Below the pieces are notes generated by a model. That model was not told the DNA's origin and did not search any database. It worked only from the letters and a program-made list of their open reading frames with translations. A stretch of DNA of 64,000 nt from Gemmatimonadales bacterium (lineage in GTDB: Bacteria; Gemmatimonadota; Gemmatimonadetes; Gemmatimonadales; GWC2-71-9): contig JBDSMX010000106.1 in NCBI GenBank assembly GCA_039915645.1, positions 2,973-66,972 of the forward strand, given 5' to 3'. Below are positions 27,990 through 38,626 of this stretch, piece by piece. Positions within the stretch are counted from its first letter, which is position 1. The number at the start of each line of letters is the position of its first letter. A program made the position numbers and the translations under genes.

Positions 27990-29680
27990 GCGATCCAATC
28001 CCGGAGGGCGGCATTGGCCGCACTGCGCACGACTGCTTCCTTGTCGGAGGTGAAGCGGTCGACCAGCAACCGCGCCTCGAACGTGTGCACCTTGGCGAGC
28101 GCGAAAATGGCGCAGGCCCGGACTTCGGGCGGGGTTTTGCGCCGGAAGATCCCGCGCGGCTCGAGCAGTTCCTGCAATTTCGGAATCGCGGCTTCGCCGG
28201 CGAGCTGGCCGTAGGCTTCATAGACCGTTCGGCGTTCGCTGCGCTCCCAGCCGTGATCCTTGCCATCGAGGAGCATCGCTTCGATCCGGCGCACGGCACC
28301 GCCGGAGCCACCGCGCGACACGAGCACCGACAACGCGGCTTGGCGCACCGCGCGTTCGTCGTCATCGAGTGCCGTTTCGACCGCGTTGACCGACGTGGGC
28401 GTGGCGAACTCACCCAGTGCGCGAACGGCGGCGAGCCGGATCGCGGGTGAACCATCCTTCAGGTGCACCACGATCGACGGAACCAGCTGGCTGAGTCCGA
28501 GGCGCGATGCAAGTGTGATGGCAGGCTCGATGACATCGCTGGGGCCACTATCGAGCAGGGCGGCGAGGGCCGACGGTTGTGCACGCGCGAGTTGCTCGAC
28601 GCTGGGCTCAAGCGCGCGCCGCACGTTCGCATCGATGGTCCGGCCAAGATGGGCCAGCACCATCGGGAGGGCGACCGGCTTCAGTTCGCGGAGCACCTCA
28701 CCCACATCCTCATCACTCGGACGGGTCCGCGAATCTTCCAGCGCGACGAAGACCTGCTCGAGAATGTCCGGTTGCGACAAACGATCCTCGAACGAGAGCA
28801 ACGCATCGTGCAATTGCTGATCGAGCCCTGGTGCGCGCACCGCGATCACCCGCAGCTCACGCAGGATGCGGGCAACCGCGCGGAAGCCTCCGGTCGAGAG
28901 CTGGGCGGGCAGGATGTCCTCGAGCAGTGCGACAACTTCGCGACGGACGTCGGGCTCGCGCTGTGCCTCGAGAATGTCGAGCAACGCGTCGATCGCGGCC
29001 TGGCGGATGTCGCGACGATATTCGTCGTCGAGATCGCTCTGGATCAGGCGAATCTCGGCTTCCTCGAGGAAGAACGGCGTCGAATCGAAATCGGCGGGAT
29101 CGATGACGCCGAGCGGACTCCCGGCCGGTGCCTCCTTGGCAGCCGAGACTTCATGCTGCGCCTGCTCGGGTTCCGGCTGACGCTCCCGCGCATCGCTCTC
29201 CTGCAGAAACTCGATCCCTTCGCCGAGCACCTCGATGAAGGCGTAGGAGACCAGCACGAAGTCCTGTTCCCAGAGCAGCGTCAGGAGGTCATCGCCGGCA
29301 TCGGCGGCGAGCAGTCGGGAGCGATTCACCACGTCGAGGAAACGGACGATTTCTTCGGTCTCGACACCCGGAAGCAGAGTGAGTCGTCGCAATCCGTCCT
29401 TGTAGAGCTGCCAGGCGAGTCCTTCGTTCCGGGTGCCCTGCCGATAGACGTTCGCCCCTTCCCAGGTGATCTCCCCTTCCTGAATCTCGAGCACGAGCCG
29501 CCCGGTGATGCCCCACACCGGTGCGAACGCTCCTCCCACCTGCTCGAGCGCTCGCGAGTACATCGGATTGTTGGGGAGGTACATCTGCAGCGCACGCTGG
29601 CTTTTCACGAGGACGCGCAGCAACTCCTCGATCGCGCGAAGATCCGCGTCCGTCGGTCCTGCGTGCGGTGCGACTGTCAC
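27986..29680 (-). CDS. HEAT-repeat protein with an N-terminal module paralogous to that of the adjacent HD-GYP protein
   Basis: The C-terminus carries HEAT/PBS-lyase-like repeats ([58 protein letters not shown]). Start re-assigned to GTG 29680, a GTGA overlap with the trpB stop. The tracked 55-aa extension would lie inside trpB. Confidence 0.7.
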   Translation of the reverse strand: MTVAPHAGPTDADLRAIEELLRVLVKSQRALQMYLPNNPMYSRALEQVGGAFAPVWGITGRLVLEIQEGEITWEGANVYRQGTRNEGLAWQLYKDGLRRLTLLPGVETEEIVRFLDVVNRSRLLAADAGDDLLTLLWEQDFVLVSYAFIEVLGEGIEFLQESDARERQPEPEQAQHEVSAAKEAPAGSPLGVIDPADFDSTPFFLEEAEIRLIQSDLDDEYRRDIRQAAIDALLDILEAQREPDVRREVVALLEDILPAQLSTGGFRAVARILRELRVIAVRAPGLDQQLHDALLSFEDRLSQPDILEQVFVALEDSRTRPSDEDVGEVLRELKPVALPMVLAHLGRTIDANVRRALEPSVEQLARAQPSALAALLDSGPSDVIEPAITLASRLGLSQLVPSIVVHLKDGSPAIRLAAVRALGEFATPTSVNAVETALDDDERAVRQAALSVLVSRGGSGGAVRRIEAMLLDGKDHGWERSERRTVYEAYGQLAGEAAIPKLQELLEPRGIFRRKTPPEVRACAIFALAKVHTFEARLLVDRFTSDKEAVVRSAANAALRDWIA

Positions 29681-30879
29681 GGCGTCCCGTGGAGAAGCGC
29701 GGCGACATGGGCCACGTCCTTGTCGCCGCGGCCGCTGAGACAGAGGAGCACGATTTCCTCGGCGGTCCAGCGGCCGCGCACCGATTCGATCCAGGCGATG
29801 GCGTGGGCGGTCTCGAGGGCCGGGATGATCCCCTCGAGTCGGCAAAACTGCTGGAAGGCCGCGAGCGCAGCGGTGTCGCCGATGGCAGTGTATTCCACGC
29901 GACCGGAATCGTGCAGCCAGCTGTGCTCCGGGCCGACCCCGGGATAGTCGAGTCCAGCCGATACCGAGTGCGCCGGCGATACCTGTCCATCGGCGTCCTG
30001 CAGCAGATAGGAGAGCGATCCGTGCAGCACTCCGGGCGAGCCGGCGGTGAGTGTCGCACTGTGATGGCCGCTGGACACGCCTTCGCCCGCTGCTTCGACA
30101 CCGACCATTTGCACGTCGGCGTCACTGAGGAATCCGGCGAACATGCCCATGGCGTTCGATCCGCCGCCGACACACGCCACAACCGTCTTCGGCAACCGAC
30201 CGGTGAGGGCGAGCAGCTGCTCGCGTGATTCGCGGCCGATCACCGATTGGAAGTCGCGCACCATTCTCGGAAACGGATCGGGACCGACCACCGATCCGAT
30301 GATGTAGTGCGTGCTCGGCACGTTGGTGACCCAGTCGCGCAGCGCTTCGTTGGTGGCGTCCTTGAGCGTTCGCGTTCCGGAAGAGACCGGCACGACCGTG
30401 GCACCGAGGAGTTGCATCCGGTAGACGTTGAGCGCCTGCCGTGCCACATCCTCCTCCCCCATGTACACCACGCACTCGAGCCCGAAGCGGGCGCAGATCG
30501 TCGCGGTGGCCACGCCATGCTGTCCGGCGCCGGTCTCGGCGATGATGCGACGCTTCCCCATCCGGCGCGCCAGCAACGCCTGGCCGATCGTGTTGTTGAT
30601 CTTGTGGGCGCCGGTGTGGTTGAGATCCTCGCGCTTGAGGAGGACGCGGGCGCCGACCAGCGCGCTGAAGCGAGGCGCCTCCGAGAGCCGCGACGGCCTG
30701 CCGACAATGTCGCGCAGCAGGGTGTGGTACTCCTCCCAGAACGCCGGCTCGCTTCGAGCCTGATCATAGAGGGCAGTCAGGTCGTCGAGTGCGGCGACCA
30801 GCGTCTCGGGGACGTAGCGCCCCCCGTACGGGCCGAACCGACCCTCGACCGCAGTCTCAGGAGGAAGTGCGAGCGTCAC
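29677..30879 (-). CDS. trpB: Tryptophan synthase beta chain
   Basis: [22 protein letters not shown] (PLP lysine) and GGGSNA. GTG 30879 is preferred because GGAG lies 6 nt upstream; ATG 30915 is the alternative. Confidence 0.95.
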   Translation of the reverse strand: MTLALPPETAVEGRFGPYGGRYVPETLVAALDDLTALYDQARSEPAFWEEYHTLLRDIVGRPSRLSEAPRFSALVGARVLLKREDLNHTGAHKINNTIGQALLARRMGKRRIIAETGAGQHGVATATICARFGLECVVYMGEEDVARQALNVYRMQLLGATVVPVSSGTRTLKDATNEALRDWVTNVPSTHYIIGSVVGPDPFPRMVRDFQSVIGRESREQLLALTGRLPKTVVACVGGGSNAMGMFAGFLSDADVQMVGVEAAGEGVSSGHHSATLTAGSPGVLHGSLSYLLQDADGQVSPAHSVSAGLDYPGVGPEHSWLHDSGRVEYTAIGDTAALAAFQQFCRLEGIIPALETAHAIAWIESVRGRWTAEEIVLLCLSGRGDKDVAHVAALLHGTP

Positions 30880-31504
30880 GGACCATCTCCAGGAAACGAA
30901 TGAGCCGCTCGGCATCCTTGCGGCCCGGCGCGGATTCCACCCCGGAACTTACATCGACAGCGTCAGGGCCGACGACCCGGATCAGTTCAACAACGTTCTC
31001 AGGCTGTAGCCCACCGGCAAGGACGAAGCGGCCCGGCGGCGCGGCGCGCCGGGCGGCGATCGCGAGCGATTGGGGCAGCGCGATTCCCTTCCCTCCCAAC
31101 CCGTCCGGATGACGCGGCTCCACCAATAAGGCATCGGCGGAAGTCGCCCGCTCGGCAAGGACTTCGGCCAGTGACCCCTCGCTCTCCACGGAAGCCACCC
31201 GCCACACTTCGAGACCGGTGGCCCCGAAGCGTGCCGCGATTCCCGCGTCCGAGGCACCATGCAGCTGGACGCCCGCCAGGCCGGCCTCGGCAACGATGTC
31301 GAGGACCTCCTCGAATTCGTGCCCGGCAAAGACCCCCAGCACCGGCACCCCCGCGGCGGCGGCAACAATCTCCCGTGCCTGCGCGGCATCCACCTGGCGC
31401 GGTCCACCCGCGAAAATCACCCCGAGTCGCCAGGCGCCATGTCGAGCGGCCAGCGCAGCGTCCGCAGGTCGGGTCAGCCCGCAGATCTTTACGTCAACGA
31501 TCAC
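30857..31504 (-). CDS. trpF: Phosphoribosylanthranilate isomerase
   Basis: [12 protein letters not shown]; 215 aa, positioned between trpC and trpB. Confidence 0.9.
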   Translation of the reverse strand: MIVDVKICGLTRPADAALAARHGAWRLGVIFAGGPRQVDAAQAREIVAAAAGVPVLGVFAGHEFEEVLDIVAEAGLAGVQLHGASDAGIAARFGATGLEVWRVASVESEGSLAEVLAERATSADALLVEPRHPDGLGGKGIALPQSLAIAARRAAPPGRFVLAGGLQPENVVELIRVVGPDAVDVSSGVESAPGRKDAERLIRFLEMVRDARTSS

Positions 31505-32279
31505 GTCGCCTCACGGCGCTTACGCCCCGGGCACTGGTTTCCGGCTCGCCTGCGGCCGCGAGTGCAGATCCGATGAGGACAGCATCAGCGCCGGCCGCTG
31601 CAGCCGATTCGACATCGGCACGCGTCGCCATGCCGCTCTCGGCCACGGCAATGAGATCTGCGGGAACTTTCTCGAGCAGCCGCCAGGCGGCGTCACGGTC
31701 GATCGTGAAGTTGTCGAGGTCTCGTGAATTGACGCCAATGACTCGCGCGCCCGCCGAAATGGCCGCATCGATTTCGGCCGCGGTATGGGTCTCGACCAGC
31801 GTGGCAAGGCCCAGTTCCCCAGCGAAATGGAGCAACCGGGCCAGTGCCCCCTGGTCCAGCGCACGAACGATGAGCAGCGCGGCCGATGCGCCGGAGGCGC
31901 GAGCCTCGAGCAGCTGCACTTCGTCGAGGATGAAGTCTTTCCGGAGCAACGGTACTGAGACCGCATCGGCGACCGCTTCGAGGTCAGCGAGCGCCCCGCC
32001 GAAGAAGGGCCCGTCGGTGAGCACCGATACCGCCGCGGCACCGCCCCGGGCGTACGACTCGGCCAGCGCCACCGGATCGAGTCCCGGATTGATGTCACCG
32101 GCCGAGGGGGAGCGCCGCTTCACCTCAGCGATCAGCGCCACGAAGTCCTGACGCAGTGCGGCTTCGAAGTCGGCCGGGACCCCTCGTGAGAGAGCCGCCC
32201 GCTCGAGTTCCGCACCCCGGCGACGGAGGTCGGGGAGAGTGGCCCGGGTGGCAGCGAGAATGGCATCGAGTACAGGCAT
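31494..32279 (-). CDS. trpC: Indole-3-glycerol-phosphate synthase
   Basis: Start re-assigned to ATG 32279 (MPVLDAILAATR). Motifs IAEVKRRSPSAG, LRKDFI and INSRDL-like (GVNSRDL). Confidence 0.9.
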   Translation of the reverse strand: MPVLDAILAATRATLPDLRRRGAELERAALSRGVPADFEAALRQDFVALIAEVKRRSPSAGDINPGLDPVALAESYARGGAAAVSVLTDGPFFGGALADLEAVADAVSVPLLRKDFILDEVQLLEARASGASAALLIVRALDQGALARLLHFAGELGLATLVETHTAAEIDAAISAGARVIGVNSRDLDNFTIDRDAAWRLLEKVPADLIAVAESGMATRADVESAAAAGADAVLIGSALAAAGEPETSARGVSAVRRRDR

Positions 32280-32348
32280 CTTGCTCTTCGGTTTCCGTTC
32301 GGGTAGCTTCAGCTTCGGGTTCTCTTCGCCATCGCCTTGGAGGCCGTT

Positions 32349-32957
32349 GTGCCACTCACCAGGAAGCAGCGCGAGATTCTCGACTATCTCGAATCGGCCA
32401 TCGCCCGCAACGGCTTTGCGCCCAGTTTCGAAGAGATCGCCGAGCAGTTCGGGTACCAGTCGCTTGCCACCGTCCACGAGCATCTCAGCAATCTGGAGAA
32501 GAAGGGCTACATCCGCCGCGGATACAATGAGAGCCGCGCGATCGAAGTCCTTCCCCCTCGTGGCAGTGCCGGCGCCACCGAGATCCCGCTCCTCGGGTCA
32601 GTCGCCGCTGGCTACCCGATCGAATCGCTGATGAGTGGCGAGGTCGTTCCGGTCCCCGACAGCATGCTCCCGCGCCGAGGCCCCAACTATGCCTTGCGGG
32701 TCCGTGGCGAATCCATGATCGACGAGCAGATCCTCGACGGCGACCTCGTCGTCGTCAACGGACGCGAAACCGCAGACAACGGCGAGATGGTGATCGCCCT
32801 GGTCAACGGCAGCGAGGCCACGGTCAAGCGATTCTATCGCGAGCCAGGGGGTTGGATTCGCCTTCAGCCCGCCAACCCCGTGATGCGACCGCTCCGGTAT
32901 CAGGAACGCGACGTCCTGATCCAGGGTGTCGTCGTCGGCGTGATCCGGAAGTTCTAG
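32349..32957 (+). CDS. lexA: LexA repressor
   Basis: wHTH region LTRKQREILDYL..FEEIA, cleavage site VAAG, nucleophile RVRGESM and lysine ATVKRF. GTG 32349 is preceded by GGAGG at 5 nt; the tracked TTG at 32337 is the alternative. Confidence 0.9.
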   Translation: MPLTRKQREILDYLESAIARNGFAPSFEEIAEQFGYQSLATVHEHLSNLEKKGYIRRGYNESRAIEVLPPRGSAGATEIPLLGSVAAGYPIESLMSGEVVPVPDSMLPRRGPNYALRVRGESMIDEQILDGDLVVVNGRETADNGEMVIALVNGSEATVKRFYREPGGWIRLQPANPVMRPLRYQERDVLIQGVVVGVIRKF

Positions 32958-34006
32958 CGACCCGCCAATTCGCGAAGCAACGTCAATCGTTCGGCGGCCG
33001 CGCCCTCGTTGAGGGCGCGCCGCGCGGCGAGTACCGATTCCTCCCAGCTCAGCCCCTGCCCCGACACGTATACCGCAGCGGCAGCATTGTGCACCACAGC
33101 GGCAACAAGCGCGGGCATGGACTGCTCGGGACTGCGCAACAACGCCTCAATCCGCGCTGCGTTTTCCGATGGCTCGCCGCCTTCCAGCCCTTCCAGCGAT
33201 TCGCTGGCGAGCCCGAATTCAGCGGGATCCAGGCGCCAGGGCGTCACGGTTCCACTGCGGATCTCCCAGACGCTCGTCAACCCCAGCGGCGAAATCTCAT
33301 CCATCCCGACATCCGCGTGCACCACGAGCGCGTGCGTCGCACCGAGCCGCGCCAGCGCCTCCGCTATCACCGGTGCGCGGGCCAGATCCGCGACGCCGAC
33401 GACCTGCCGAGTGGCGCCAGCCGGATTGGCAAGCGGTCCGATCAGATTCATCAGGGTCGGCACGCCAAGCTCGCGTCGGATGGGCGCCACGTGGCGCATC
33501 GCCGGGTGATACGCCGGGGCAAAGAGGAAGACGAGTCCGGCACGGTTGAGCACGTCCGCTGACTCTTCCGGAGTGAGTTCGAGCGAAAGGCCCAGTGCCT
33601 CGAGCACATCGGCTGAGCCGGATCGCGACGTGAAGGAGCGGTTGCCGTGCTTGGCGACCCGGACCCCGGCCGCCGCCGCAACGAACGCCGCCGCCGTGGA
33701 AAGGTTCAGCGTACTGGTCCGACCGCCACCGGTCCCGCAGGTATCAACCAGCAGCGCCGGATCGCCCCCCGGCACGGTGCGCATGGCCTGCCGCAGGGCC
33801 CGGACGGCCCCGGCGATTTCGGCCGGCGTCTCACTGCGGGTGCGCATCGCCATCAGCGCCGCTCCGACACTCGCTGGCGTCGCGGCACCTGACATGATTT
33901 CGCCGAATGCGGCTTCGGCTTCGGATTCGCTCAGCGACTCACCCGCCGCAAGGCGAATGAGCGCCTGGCGAAGCGCGGTCGGAGGTGGGGGCTCGGGGTG
34001 GCTCAT
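32954..34006 (-). CDS. trpD: Anthranilate phosphoribosyltransferase
   Basis: Start re-assigned to ATG 34006 (MSHPEPPP). Motifs DTCGTGGG and AKHGNRS. The 3' end overlaps the lexA 3' end by 4 nt (convergent). Confidence 0.9.
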   Translation of the reverse strand: MSHPEPPPPTALRQALIRLAAGESLSESEAEAAFGEIMSGAATPASVGAALMAMRTRSETPAEIAGAVRALRQAMRTVPGGDPALLVDTCGTGGGRTSTLNLSTAAAFVAAAAGVRVAKHGNRSFTSRSGSADVLEALGLSLELTPEESADVLNRAGLVFLFAPAYHPAMRHVAPIRRELGVPTLMNLIGPLANPAGATRQVVGVADLARAPVIAEALARLGATHALVVHADVGMDEISPLGLTSVWEIRSGTVTPWRLDPAEFGLASESLEGLEGGEPSENAARIEALLRSPEQSMPALVAAVVHNAAAAVYVSGQGLSWEESVLAARRALNEGAAAERLTLLRELAGR

Positions 34007-34108
34007 CGGCGTGGGCAAGCGTATCGGCCTCGCTGGCCTTTTGTCAATATTCACAACGGTTTACGCGGGTTGCCGCCCCTCCTCGATCGGGCTACTTTCC
34101 GAGGCTCG

Positions 34109-34888
34109 ATGGAGCGCACTTTTCTGCTCGTTCTGGAGTTCGATGGAACCGGCTTCTGCGGCTGGCAACGCCAGGCTGAGGGCCGGTCGGTGCAGGCGGT
34201 CGTGGAGCAGGCACTCAGCCGGCTGGCGGGCCGTAACACGAAGGTGATCGGGGCCGGCAGGACGGACGCCGGTGTTCATGCGCTGGGGATGCCGGTCAGT
34301 GCGGCGATGCCGACGCGATGGGAACCCGAAACGTTGCTTCGCGCAGCAAATTCGGTACTCCCGCGAGACGTTGCCGTTCGCGAAATTCGCGAGGTCGTTT
34401 CCGGAACCGATGCGCGGCGTGCGGCGCTGAGCCGGCACTATCGCTTCGACATCGGTACCGACGGCGGGGGACGGTCCCCGTTTCGAGCCCGGACCGAATG
34501 GGCGCTCGGACGGCCCGTCGATGTCGAGGCGATGACGCGCACCGCCGCCCTGTTGCCGGGGGAGCACGATTTCCGTGCCTTCGCAATCGTGGGCGAACCG
34601 AAGCCGCATTACCGCTGTCGAGTCCTGGAGGCGTGCTGGACGCCGCTCGATGCCACGCGGCACCGCTTCACGATCGCTGCCGACCGCTTCCTGCACCACA
34701 TGGTGCGGATGCTCGTCGGAACGATGGTGGACATCGGCCTCGGACGACGACCGGAGAGTGACATGGCGCGCCTGCTGACGCTGCCGCACAACGCTGAAAC
34801 GAGCGCGCCTGCCCCAGCGGCCGGGCTGAGCTTTGTCGAAGCCACCTATCCCAATTCGATCTTTCTCACGGAGCGCGCCTCATGGTGA
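34109..34888 (+). CDS. truA: tRNA pseudouridine(38-40) synthase
   Basis: Start re-assigned to ATG 34109 (MERTFLLVLEFDGTGFCGWQRQ). Catalytic GAGRTDAGVHA. Confidence 0.9.
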   Translation: MERTFLLVLEFDGTGFCGWQRQAEGRSVQAVVEQALSRLAGRNTKVIGAGRTDAGVHALGMPVSAAMPTRWEPETLLRAANSVLPRDVAVREIREVVSGTDARRAALSRHYRFDIGTDGGGRSPFRARTEWALGRPVDVEAMTRTAALLPGEHDFRAFAIVGEPKPHYRCRVLEACWTPLDATRHRFTIAADRFLHHMVRMLVGTMVDIGLGRRPESDMARLLTLPHNAETSAPAPAAGLSFVEATYPNSIFLTERASW

Positions 34889-36267
34889 CGCGACGTACCG
34901 TCGTATTGCTCGCTGCCCTCTGTGCCGCCGCGTGCGGCGGTGAGCGCGGTGCCTCGGCACAACAACCGGCCGCGTCCAGCGCTGTGCGCACCATTGACGC
35001 GTCACGACGCACGGCGATCGTGGACGCCAGCGCCCGCGTTGCGCCGGCGGTCGTGTCGGTGCGCGTCACGCTCCCGCAACCGCGGCCCAGCGTGTACGAG
35101 CAGATGTTCATGCAGCAACCGCAGGGCACGCCGCAGAGTTTCGGCACCGGCTTCATCCTGCGCGCCGATGGCATCATCATCACCAACCAGCATGTGGTGG
35201 CCAACGCGCAGCAGATCACCGTCACGCTGGCCGACGGCACCGATGTGGAGGGTCGCCTGCTCGGCGAGGATCCGCTTACCGACATCGCGGTCATCAAGAT
35301 CGAACGCAAGGGACTTCCAGTCGTCACGGTCGGTCGCTCGCGTGACCTGATGATCGGCGAATGGGCCATTGCCCTCGGCAACCCCTACTCGTTCCTGCTC
35401 GGCAATTCCGAGCCGACGGTGACGGCGGGCGTGATCAGCGCCACGGGTCGCAACATCCTCCCCACGGGAAATCAGTCGGGCTCCTATCTCGACATGATCC
35501 AGACCGACGCGGCGATCAATCCTGGCAACTCCGGCGGGCCGCTCACCAACGGCCTCGGCGAAGTCATCGGCGTGAATTCCTCGATCTTTTCGGAGAATGG
35601 CGGATCGGTCGGACTTGGTTTCGCCATCCCCATCGAGCGCGTGGTTCGCGTCGCCGAAGAAATCATTCGCAATGGTGCGGTGCGGCGCGCGTGGGTCGGA
35701 CTCACCGTGAATCCGGTCGCGGGGACCAGTGACTGGAAGCAGAACGGCGGTGTACCTGTGGGTGATGTCGCCGCGGGCGGGCCGGCGGCGCGCGCCGGCA
35801 TTCGAAGCGGCGACGTACTCACCGCGGCAAACGGCAAGCGGCTGCGCAACTATCTCGATTGGGATGCGGTGCAGCTCGACCTGCACGTTGGCGACTCGGT
35901 CTCCGTGGCCGGCAAAAGCCGCGGACAGGATTTCTCCCATCGCATCGTCACGGGCGATCTCCCCTCGGTCACGGCGCAGAAGGTCCGGGTATTGCAGAAC
36001 CTCGACCTGATCACGGTCACGCCAGCGATCCAGGCCGAGCGGCGGATCCAGAGCACGGCGGGAGCACTGGTCTTCCGGGTCCCGCGTGATGTGAGCGAGC
36101 AAACCGGACTCAACGAAGGGGATGTCATCATCGGCATCAATGGCACTGCGCTCCGCTCCGCCGAGGAAATCGGTCGGGCGCTGCAGGCCATCACACCGGG
36201 CAGTGCCTTCATCCTGAACATCGAGCGTGGCGGCATGCGCGGCAATCTCCGGTTGCAACTCAATTGA
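34882..36267 (+). CDS. HtrA/DegP-family periplasmic serine protease (trypsin-like domain + two PDZ)
   Basis: Catalytic triad context TNQHVV, DIAVIK and GNSGGPL. The N-terminal hydrophobic segment with Cys (LLAALCAAAC) looks like a signal or lipoprotein sequence. Confidence 0.9.
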   Translation: MVTRRTVVLLAALCAAACGGERGASAQQPAASSAVRTIDASRRTAIVDASARVAPAVVSVRVTLPQPRPSVYEQMFMQQPQGTPQSFGTGFILRADGIIITNQHVVANAQQITVTLADGTDVEGRLLGEDPLTDIAVIKIERKGLPVVTVGRSRDLMIGEWAIALGNPYSFLLGNSEPTVTAGVISATGRNILPTGNQSGSYLDMIQTDAAINPGNSGGPLTNGLGEVIGVNSSIFSENGGSVGLGFAIPIERVVRVAEEIIRNGAVRRAWVGLTVNPVAGTSDWKQNGGVPVGDVAAGGPAARAGIRSGDVLTAANGKRLRNYLDWDAVQLDLHVGDSVSVAGKSRGQDFSHRIVTGDLPSVTAQKVRVLQNLDLITVTPAIQAERRIQSTAGALVFRVPRDVSEQTGLNEGDVIIGINGTALRSAEEIGRALQAITPGSAFILNIERGGMRGNLRLQLN

Positions 36268-37703
36268 GCACCGACCGCTGGCAGTCGCCGCTGGGAAGTC
36301 GCTATGCCTCCGCCGCGATGCAGCAGCTCTGGGGGGAAGCGCATCGTATCGGGCGGTGGCGACGCGTCTGGCTCGCCCTCGCGGAATCGGAACGCGAGCT
36401 GGGCCTTGATATTCCCGACGCCGCGCTCGAATCCATGCGCGAGCATCTCGATGACGCCGACCTCGCGTCTGCCGCGGCGTTCGAGAAGCGCTTCCGCCAC
36501 GATGTGATGGCGCATGTTCATGCCTTCGGAGAACAGGCCCCCGCCGCACGACCCTATCTCCATCTCGGCGCGACCTCCGCCTTCGTGACCGACAACGCCG
36601 ACGTGCTGGTGATGCGCGACGCGCTCGCCCTGATCCTCGGCCATCTCGTCGAAGTGGTGGCCAAGCTGCGCGGCTTTGCCGTGGCGCACGCGGCGCTTCC
36701 CTGCCTGGCCTACACGCATTTCCAGCCAGCACAGCTGACCACGGTCGGCAAGCGCGCCACGCTCTGGATCCAGGATTTCGCGCTCGACATCGAAGCGGTA
36801 CTGCACCGACTCGAGACGCTCCGGCTTCGTGGCTGCAAGGGCACCACCGGTACTCAGGCTTCCTTTCTGGAGCTCTTTGCCGGCGACCACACCAAGGTGC
36901 GCGAACTCGAGCGGCGGATCGCGAGCAAGCTCGGAACTGAGGCGGTCTTCCCGGTCACCGGCCAGACCTACCCGCGCAAGGCGGATGCCCAGGTGCTCGA
37001 CGTGCTGAGCGGCGTTGCGCAGTCGGCTGCCAAGTTCGCGAACGACATGCGACTGCTGCAGCATGAAGGCGAACTGCTGGAACCGTTCGAGAGCGAGCAG
37101 ATCGGATCGAGCGCGATGGCCTACAAGCGCAACCCGATGCGTGCCGAGCGGATCAACGCGCTGGCCCGCCACGTGATTTCGCTGCAGGCCAACGGAGCAC
37201 ACACCGCCGCCGCGCAGTGGCTCGAACGGACGCTCGATGACTCGGCGAATCGGCGCCTGACATTGCCCGAGGCCTTCCTGGCGGTGGATGCGATCCTGCT
37301 CCTGGTTGCCAACATCGCCGGTGGGCTCGAAGTCCGCGACGCGGCGATTGCCCGGCATGTCAACGAGCAGATGCCGTTCATGGCGACCGAACGCTGGCTG
37401 ATGCTCGGGGTGCAGGCAGGTGGCGACCGGCAGGCACTTCATGAGGTGGTGCGACAGCATTCGCTGGCGGTCCATGAGGCTGTTGCCGCCGGAGCTCCCA
37501 ATGACCTGATGGAGCGACTCACCGCCGACGCAGCGTTCGCCGGCATTGACCGCGCCGCGCTCGCCGCGCAGCTCGACCCGACACGTTACACCGGGCGCTC
37601 GCGAGAACAGGTTGGCGAGTTCCTCAGTGAGTTCCTCGACCCGCTGGTGATCCGGGCGACGCCGATGGCATCACCCACCGGACCCTCCGAGCTCCGCGTA
37701 TGA
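36264..37703 (+). CDS. purB: Adenylosuccinate lyase
   Basis: SPLGSRYAS and the signature [13 protein letters not shown] start in a TTGA overlap with the htrA stop. Confidence 0.95.
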   Translation: MSTDRWQSPLGSRYASAAMQQLWGEAHRIGRWRRVWLALAESERELGLDIPDAALESMREHLDDADLASAAAFEKRFRHDVMAHVHAFGEQAPAARPYLHLGATSAFVTDNADVLVMRDALALILGHLVEVVAKLRGFAVAHAALPCLAYTHFQPAQLTTVGKRATLWIQDFALDIEAVLHRLETLRLRGCKGTTGTQASFLELFAGDHTKVRELERRIASKLGTEAVFPVTGQTYPRKADAQVLDVLSGVAQSAAKFANDMRLLQHEGELLEPFESEQIGSSAMAYKRNPMRAERINALARHVISLQANGAHTAAAQWLERTLDDSANRRLTLPEAFLAVDAILLLVANIAGGLEVRDAAIARHVNEQMPFMATERWLMLGVQAGGDRQALHEVVRQHSLAVHEAVAAGAPNDLMERLTADAAFAGIDRAALAAQLDPTRYTGRSREQVGEFLSEFLDPLVIRATPMASPTGPSELRV

Positions 37704-38626
37704 GCACCATCCCGCTGACCACCAGCACGCTGCCGCTGCCCCTCTGGCGCAAGGGCAAAGTGCGCGAGGTGTACGAGGTCGATGCCGAACGCCTTCTGCT
37801 TGTGGCGAGTGATCGCGTCAGCGCGTTCGACGTCGTGATGGCCGAAGCGGTTCCCGACAAGGGGCGAGTGCTGACCCAGCTGTCGGCGTTCTGGTTCCAG
37901 CGGCTCAGCAGTGTCACGGACTCGCACTTCCTCACCGCGAGTACCGACGCGATCCTCGTCGAACTACCCGCCCTCGAAGCGTTCCGCGATCAGATTGCCG
38001 GTCGTGCAATGCTGGTGCGACGTACGGCACCGGTGGCCTTCGAATGCGTGGTGCGCGGCTACATCGCAGGGTCGGCCTGGGCCGAGTATCGCGAGCACGG
38101 CACCCTGGCGGGAGAATCCCTCCCGACCGGTCTGATGGAATCTTCCCCGCTCGAGCCACCGCTCTTCTCACCGGCGACGAAGGCCGAAAGCGGTCACGAC
38201 GAAAACGTGGCGTTCGACCGGATGCGGACCGCGCTTGGCGCCGATCTCGCCGATGGCCTGCGCGATGTCTCGCTCGCACTCTACGCCGCCGGTCGCAATG
38301 CGGCGCGCGAACGCGGCCTGGTGATCGCCGATACCAAGTTCGAATTCGGACTGACGCCGGCGGGCCGCCCGATTCTCATCGATGAAGTCCTCACCCCTGA
38401 TTCCTCGCGCTTCTGGCCAGCCGACGGCTATCAGCCTGGGCGGACGCAACCGAGCTTCGACAAGCAACCGTTGCGGGACTGGCTCGCGCTGGAACGCACC
38501 GCCGGACGCTGGAATGGCGACGCCCCACCGCCCTCGCTCCCCGCGAGCGTCGTGGATGCCACCAGCGCACGCTATCGTGAAGCCTACCGCCGCATTGTCG
38601 GCAGCGAATTGCCGGAGGACGCCTGA
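37700..38626 (+). CDS. purC: SAICAR synthase
   Basis: 308 aa with [15 protein letters not shown] and [18 protein letters not shown] overlap with purB. Confidence 0.9.
   Translation: MSTIPLTTSTLPLPLWRKGKVREVYEVDAERLLLVASDRVSAFDVVMAEAVPDKGRVLTQLSAFWFQRLSSVTDSHFLTASTDAILVELPALEAFRDQIAGRAMLVRRTAPVAFECVVRGYIAGSAWAEYREHGTLAGESLPTGLMESSPLEPPLFSPATKAESGHDENVAFDRMRTALGADLADGLRDVSLALYAAGRNAARERGLVIADTKFEFGLTPAGRPILIDEVLTPDSSRFWPADGYQPGRTQPSFDKQPLRDWLALERTAGRWNGDAPPPSLPASVVDATSARYREAYRRIVGSELPEDA

Noticed and set aside
32297-32322. GTTC...GTTC pair in the lexA/trpC intergenic region as an alphaproteobacterial/acidobacterial-type GTTC-N7-GTTC SOS box.
   Set aside because: The spacing is 18 nt, not 7, and no palindromic SOS motif of other known classes is present. 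It is kept only as an open question under findings.
34018-34047. Candidate sigma-70-like trpD promoter on the minus strand (TTGACA at 34042-34047, TACGCT about 18 nt downstream) in the trpD/truA divergent region.
   Set aside because: The -10 match is weak, the promoter consensus for this lineage is unknown, and the implied leader would be very short. There is not enough support to list it as a feature.
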